Positions 60,226 to 64,000 of a DNA stretch of 64,000 nt are shown piece after piece. Each line of letters opens with the position of its first letter. Position 1 is the stretch's first letter. The position numbers and the translations under genes were made by a program. The DNA lies in NCBI GenBank assembly GCA_011109175.1, contig RDEW01000076.1, forward strand, positions 71,951 through 135,950, given 5' to 3'. The notes below the pieces were generated by a model that saw only the letters and a program-made list of their open reading frames with translations, did not search any database and was not told the DNA's origin. The stretch is from Dicyema japonicum. Taxonomy: Eukaryota; Animalia; Dicyemida.

Positions 60226-62690
60226 TAAGGTGACTGTCTACCTTCCCAATCTTTTGTCCGAGGTAAATAGTGACGTAGACGACTTCTCTGCATTCACCAC
60301 GAGCCTGTTTTCCATTATCTAGGCATTAAGCCTGTCCAGGTTAATTTGTACTCTTTCTGTGGCCTTTTGGATATCCTGATCTCGCGAAGCCAACACAATA
60401 TCATCCGCATAGGAAAGTAGAACATCATTATCAGATTCAAGATTAGGGATATCAGCCAGAAAGAGGTTAAACAGAGCAGAGGATAAAGGCGATCTTTGAG
60501 GGACTCCGTTTGGGAGGAGCCGTGAAATTGATTTCAGACCTCCGAGGCAAACACGTCCCCTTCGTCCACTTAGGAAGTTAATAATCCAAAGCTTTATCTT
60601 CCCTGAGATCTCCGATTGAAACATTTTTCTCGATAGAATCTTCCTCGAGACTGAGTCAAAAGCCTTATGTATGTCGATCGAGCAGAGCACTGTTTTAAAG
60701 TGTCTCGTCTTAATTGTGAATCCGCCTCGAATGAATTTGATCAATGTTTGCAAGTATGTAGACGTGAATTTCTCATTTTTGAATTCATGTTGAAAAGTCT
60801 TTTCTGGTAAAAATTCTTTTATTCTCCCGAGCACAAGCTTCTCCAGAATTTTTGACAATTAACATAGCAGTGACACCGGTCTAAAAGACGTTGGGTCATC
60901 TCTTGGTCTTACTAGTTTCAGAACTGGCCGTATTAGAGCCTGTTTCCATAACAACGGTATCATTCTGATCAATTGAATAGTTGAAAATCGACGTTAGGAA
61001 AGTGACTCCTCCGTCTCCAAGATTTTTTAATAAGATGACAGGAATGTTGTCTGATCCGTGGGAGTATGTCGTTTTTACGGAATGTATTGTATCCCTCACC
61101 TCTCTCTTCGAAAAGAAGAGTGGTTTTGATAGTCTCTTTAGTTTCCTGCGTGATGGTAATGTATCAGACTTCATGTGCTCCTTGTGTGAAATTTTATTAT
61201 AGAATTTTATCAAGTAGTTCACATCACTTTGAACATAATCTTCCTCTGTTGAAACTTCATCGCCTTTTGCCACATTTCGAATAGCTTTCCACACCTCTCC
61301 CGTAGTGCGATTTCTATTCACCATTGTAAACATACGATTCCACTTCAACCTATGGGCCTTGAGCTCTTTTGCCTTTATTTCATTATTTAATCTTCTGATC
61401 CGGAGTTTCATATACAAGGTTATCCGGTTAGATTTTTAAGCCGATTTCTTTCTTTAATCAAGGCCGTCTTCCCTCGACCACTCGACGAATTCAAGTAATG
61501 TTTGAGTATATCCCTTGATCTTGCCTCCAAGATTATGTGGATAAAGTAGCTGATGGCATTCTCCAGAGAACTGAAGCTATCCAAGTAACAATTTTTCATT
61601 TTATCTTCTGAGATTTCTCGAAATAATTTCCAGTTAGCACATTTGTAATTGTAGCTGCAAGGAATTCTCCTCACGTTGGCCTTTCTTTTGATCTTCAGCA
61701 CAATTAGATTATGGTCGCTTCTTGTTTCGTAGAGGACTGACCAATCAATTTTTGATGAAAGCAGAGTGTTTCGTCCGGTGAGGTAGGTTTATCTGTCTCT
61801 CTCAGTGGTGTCCTTGTATTTCTCGATGGATCATTCAATATTGTTAGGGAGTCCGTTTGCGATAATAATAGTTTCCCTCTCATGTCAGCTAGTTGAGTTG
61901 ACAGCCATAATGGATGCTTCGCATTCAAATCCCTGTCGATGATGATTTCATCGAAGGAAGACAGTCTTGATAGGTTTGGCATAACATAGCTCTTCGGACA
62001 GGAACCAGGAGGCGGAACGTAGATATTCACAAGGCATAGTCTTCCTTCCGTTGTCCAGAGCGAGATTCCAATTATTTTTGTTACGTCATCATCCCCAACA
62101 AGTTTCCTCATTTCCGAGGAGATGTCTTTGCATTTCAAGTTCTTTTTGAGTAGAGTGAGCAGACCTCCACCTCTTTTTTCTTTACGGTCCTTCCTGATAG
62201 CTTTGTATCCTGGGAATGTAGGGTTGACCAAAGGGTCATTAAAAAGAGAGTTTGGTCTTTTGAATCATCGCAACGTTAATCTTATGACAAACCAGGAGTG
62301 AGCGGAGTTCCCTGATTTTTCCTTTAATTCCATTTATGTTTAGCTTGAGAGCCGTAAAGTGCTTTNTAGGGGTAGGGTCATTAAAAGAGAGTTTGGTCTC
62401 TTGAATCATCGCAACGTTAATCTTTTGACAAGCCAGGAGTGAGCGGAGTTCCCTGATTTTTCCTTTAATTCCATTAATGTTTAGCTGGAGAGCCGTAAAG
62501 TGCTTTTCTCTTCGATGGGCAGAGGATTTCCTCCGGGAAGGTTCGATCTTCCGTAAAATGCATCGCCCGGGGACGAAAATGTCCCCAGGAGGATGGGGTC
62601 TATCGGTCCTTTTTCGGTGGGCATTAGGTGCCCCCTTGGCGTTTCCAAATCCTTTTGAATTAATAGACCACATAACGCCACGCTAATTTA
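60226..62690 (-). mobile_element. Near full-length family B I-group/jockey-like LINE (APE + RT); 3' end runs into the gap
   Basis: LQLNINGI...MIQETKL, VNIYVPP, DLNAKHPLW, FRPVSLLC..SKILEKL, IDIHKAFDSV, GVPQRSPLSSALFN and LSYADD; frameshifted. Confidence 0.9.
62232..62507. repeat. ~140-bp tandem duplication at the APE start of the LINE
   Basis: AGGGTCATTAAAA...GCCGTAAAGTGCTTTT occurs at 62232-62366 and again at 62374-62507, nearly identical. Confidence 0.9.
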
Positions 62691-63344
62691 TAAATTTAGG
62701 TGCTGTTGATTTACATGGATTCCTATTTTGATTTTAACATTGAATCTTGAGTTAATTATAATTATAAAAAAGACATAACCAAAGTTAGCAAAATAGTCTA
62801 TTGAAAGTTATACAAAATAGTTGTAACCGCATAATTGTCGTCTGGTGCTTTTAATAAATACAAGAAAACCTGATTTTGTAGGATGGTTCAAAATTATACG
62901 TCTGTTTTTGAAAATTATTTCAAAAATCTAAAATTAATAAATTCTTATTAATCTATTGTTTCTCTAATAAATCGACGGCTCAAATTCGACAAAACAGATA
63001 ATGTATGCTCATGCAATTACTCTTAGTTTGTATAATAATACCAGAGACCACGGTTACACAAACTAACTAAACACGAGCACGCACTAGCAGGGACTTCATC
63101 TTGGCCCGATGCTCCTCCCTCAAACCCACACAAGCACAAATCGGTCGAGTGACTGCCGTTAGTGTTAAATATTGAGTACATGAAAGGATGGAAACAACTT
63201 ACTGCGCGTATCGTGAGATGCATGGCAAAAGTGGAATCTCAAATTAATTTTGTGGTTCCGAGGACATTATATTAATAATAATCAAAAATATTGAAATCTT
63301 CATTAGATAATAATTATCTAAAAATCATAATAAAATAGTAACAT

Positions 63345-63490
63345 GCAAACTTCCTTCAAGTCTTGGAGGAGTTGGCCTAAGGATCTTCGCATTCACGACT
63401 GGACGTTCCATGGTTCATTCGTATCAAAGCTTCAGGAAGCAATGGTGGCTGGAACTCTCCAGAAATCCAGCGTAAAATTAACGTAATACC
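63345..63490 (+). mobile_element. RT-thumb remnant (GGLGL-type), CRE/R2-like
   Basis: SSLGGVGLRIF; short and degenerate. Confidence 0.3.
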
Positions 63491-63814
63491 TTTCCAATAT
63501 GAATTTTACCTTTAACAGAAAAAATCAAAAATAATATTTTTGTAAAAATATAAATATAAAATTGTCACAGTCCATACATGCGAGGTTCATAATTTTCAAT
63601 AAAAATCACACTTTTGGAATTCTTTATGACAGTAAATCCATAAATAATATTTTTATTAGGTCGAGTTTCATATCTAGAAATGGCCTCATGTTAAACATGC
63701 CACCCCCCACCAATAACAACACGAAAATCAACAAATTTCTAGAAAATATATATTAAATACCTTTGTTCAAAACTTTAACACATTTTAATAGAATTCTCCA
63801 GTATAAATATAAAA

Positions 63815-64000
63815 ATTAAATTTATTCCAAAGACTAAGGGTAACCAAACTAACTAACTCGTTGATCCTGACTCGTTCCAGCATTCAAGAACTTGTCTCCA
63901 AGTAACGACATTGTCCCCCGGGACTGAATAGTGTATCCTCTTGATTCCGGCAAGGCATTGGGCGTCTCCTCAGTAAGGTGGATCCTATGACGCCATCAAA
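63815..64000 (-). repeat. Family B LINE 3' terminus, continuing beyond the window
   Basis: Reverse complement of 33200-33320. Confidence 0.75.

Noticed and set aside
59421-60293. 290-aa ORF in the track
   Set aside because: Artefact of translating through the N gap.
212-63756. Most short antisense and alternative-frame ORFs in the track
   Set aside because: They are shadows of the spliced host genes or TE frames, or chance ORFs with TTG/GTG starts.
1-64000. CRISPR arrays, prokaryotic defence systems, rRNA, tRNA and snRNA genes
   Set aside because: No regularly spaced repeat-spacer arrays, operons or recognisable structural-RNA motifs were found by eye. A covariance-model scan was not possible, so very divergent small RNAs are not excluded.

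Overview
AT-rich, intron-dense eukaryotic nuclear DNA from a metazoan; there are no prokaryotic operons, CRISPR arrays, rRNA or tRNA that I can support. Hand-splicing gives nine host genes: an L-type Cav1 channel, COG4, SRPRA, NDUFA13, a divergent class C GPCR, ABCF1, a divergent bHLH, POP4 and UTP14. They carry roughly 80 introns (hand count), almost all 21-28 nt. That architecture suggests a highly reduced parasitic animal such as a dicyemid or myxozoan (inference only). The intergenic space is dense with retroelement and DNA-transposon fossils: CRE, RTE, two I-group/jockey-like LINE families, Ginger-like, pogo, Tc1/IS630, hAT and a Helitron-type end. There is a 793-nt N gap at 59433-60225. 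The most notable points are: (i) the ultra-short introns, including two with non-AG acceptors, one of which is needed to keep the Cav1 domain IV filter glutamate; (ii) about ten reading-frame breaks in conserved genes, nearly all net -1 nt, most likely consensus errors but testable against insertional editing, frameshifting or decay; (iii) a TSD-bounded CRE retrotransposon with an N-terminal PHD finger; (iv) a reversed-ends hAT arrangement with matching 8-bp TSDs; (v) a Ginger-like integrase gene carrying a host-sized mini-intron. All coordinates and splice models were derived by eye.
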